Source: Gaiellaceae bacterium (GTDB lineage: Bacteria; Actinomycetota; Thermoleophilia; Gaiellales; Gaiellaceae). From it: a stretch of DNA of 64,000 bases. The notes below the pieces were generated by a model, which worked only from the letters and a program-made list of their open reading frames with translations, ran no database searches and was not told the DNA's origin. The position numbers and the translations under genes are program-made. Numbering within the stretch: the stretch's first letter is position 1; each line of letters opens with the position of its first letter. The stretch covers positions 721 through 64,720 of the forward strand of contig DASRGA010000062.1 in the NCBI GenBank assembly GCA_035651295.1, given 5' to 3'. This document shows, one piece after another, positions 63,778-64,000 of the stretch.

Positions 63778-64000
63778 TCAGGCGACGGCGGACTCGCCGA
63801 GGAGCATCTTCACCTCGGCGTAGAAGTCCGGCACCGGCTTCACCTTGTACTGCGGGCCGAACGCGTACACCTTGCGGCCCTGCGAGGTGATCAGATCCGC
63901 GAAGACCGGCGACTCGCCGGGGAAGTCGCGGATCAGCTGCGCGAGCTCGCGGATCGTGCCGGCCCGCGCCTTCGTCGCGTCGATCGTCAGGCGCACCTCC
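63778..64000 (-). CDS. dnaE: probable C-terminal end of DNA polymerase III alpha subunit (gene continues beyond the window)
   Basis: The frame is open to the window edge. The tail ...LAQLIRDFPGESPVFADL....KVKPVPDFYAEVKMLLGESAV resembles actinobacterial DnaE1 C-termini, from memory only. Confidence 0.5.
   Translation of the reverse strand, partial: EVRLTIDATKARAGTIRELAQLIRDFPGESPVFADLITSQGRKVYAFGPQYKVKPVPDFYAEVKMLLGESAVA

Noticed and set aside
1-64000. Mobile elements, prophage, tRNA/rRNA genes and CRISPR arrays.
   Set aside because: No transposase, integrase or phage-like ORF was seen. No intergenic gap is long enough, or has a suitable structure, for a tRNA or rRNA. No spaced repeat array was found.

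Overview
Very GC-rich bacterial chromosomal segment (over 70 % GC by eye) that is almost entirely coding. Most genes lie on the minus strand, and many are linked by ATGA/GTGA/TAATG start-stop overlaps. The backbone is a conserved housekeeping order typical of Actinomycetota; the protein styles suggest a Thermoleophilia/Solirubrobacterales-like organism, but that is inference only. The order is dprA-comM ... yraN-rnhB-rplS-lepB-trmD-rimM-KH-rpsP-ffh ... ftsY-smc ... rnc-acpP-plsX-rpmF-yceD ... coaD-rsmD-recG ... DegV-REC-DAK2(FakA-like)-Asp23-rpmB, then ribH-ribBA-ribE-ribD-rpe-rsmB-fmt-def-priA, then metK, gpsA-der-plsC-cmk-aroA-tyrA-DAHP synthase, trpS, scpB-scpA-lgt and the 3' end of dnaE. 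I found no rRNA, tRNA, CRISPR array, transposase, integrase or prophage gene. Many long ORFs in the track are alternate-frame or antisense artefacts of the high GC content, or fuse a real gene to upstream out-of-gene sequence. I trimmed starts using protein-family N-termini and coupling overlaps. Small accessory islets sit inside the conserved backbone: an orphan DNA methyltransferase with ArsR and an SRPBCC protein; a metallophosphoesterase; an aldo-keto reductase with an ORC-like ATPase and a GNAT; a mini nucleotidyltransferase; a SARP regulator with DUF1059 and a methyltransferase; a PAT-like acetyltransferase; ApbE; a ZIP transporter with a DtxR-family regulator; and large secreted proteins. 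The observations most worth follow-up are: (1) a stand-alone receiver domain translationally coupled between the fatty-acid-kinase-like DAK2 and DegV genes; (2) a roughly 50-nt intergenic element present in two copies, rich in GTCAC/GTGAC hairpins; (3) three 11-bp-phased direct repeats in the SARP divergent promoter; (4) RNase III, whose catalytic signature lies upstream of any canonical start codon; (5) N-terminal extensions on peptide deformylase (His/Asp-rich) and lumazine synthase (acidic). All functional calls rest on motif recognition by eye; no database search was possible.
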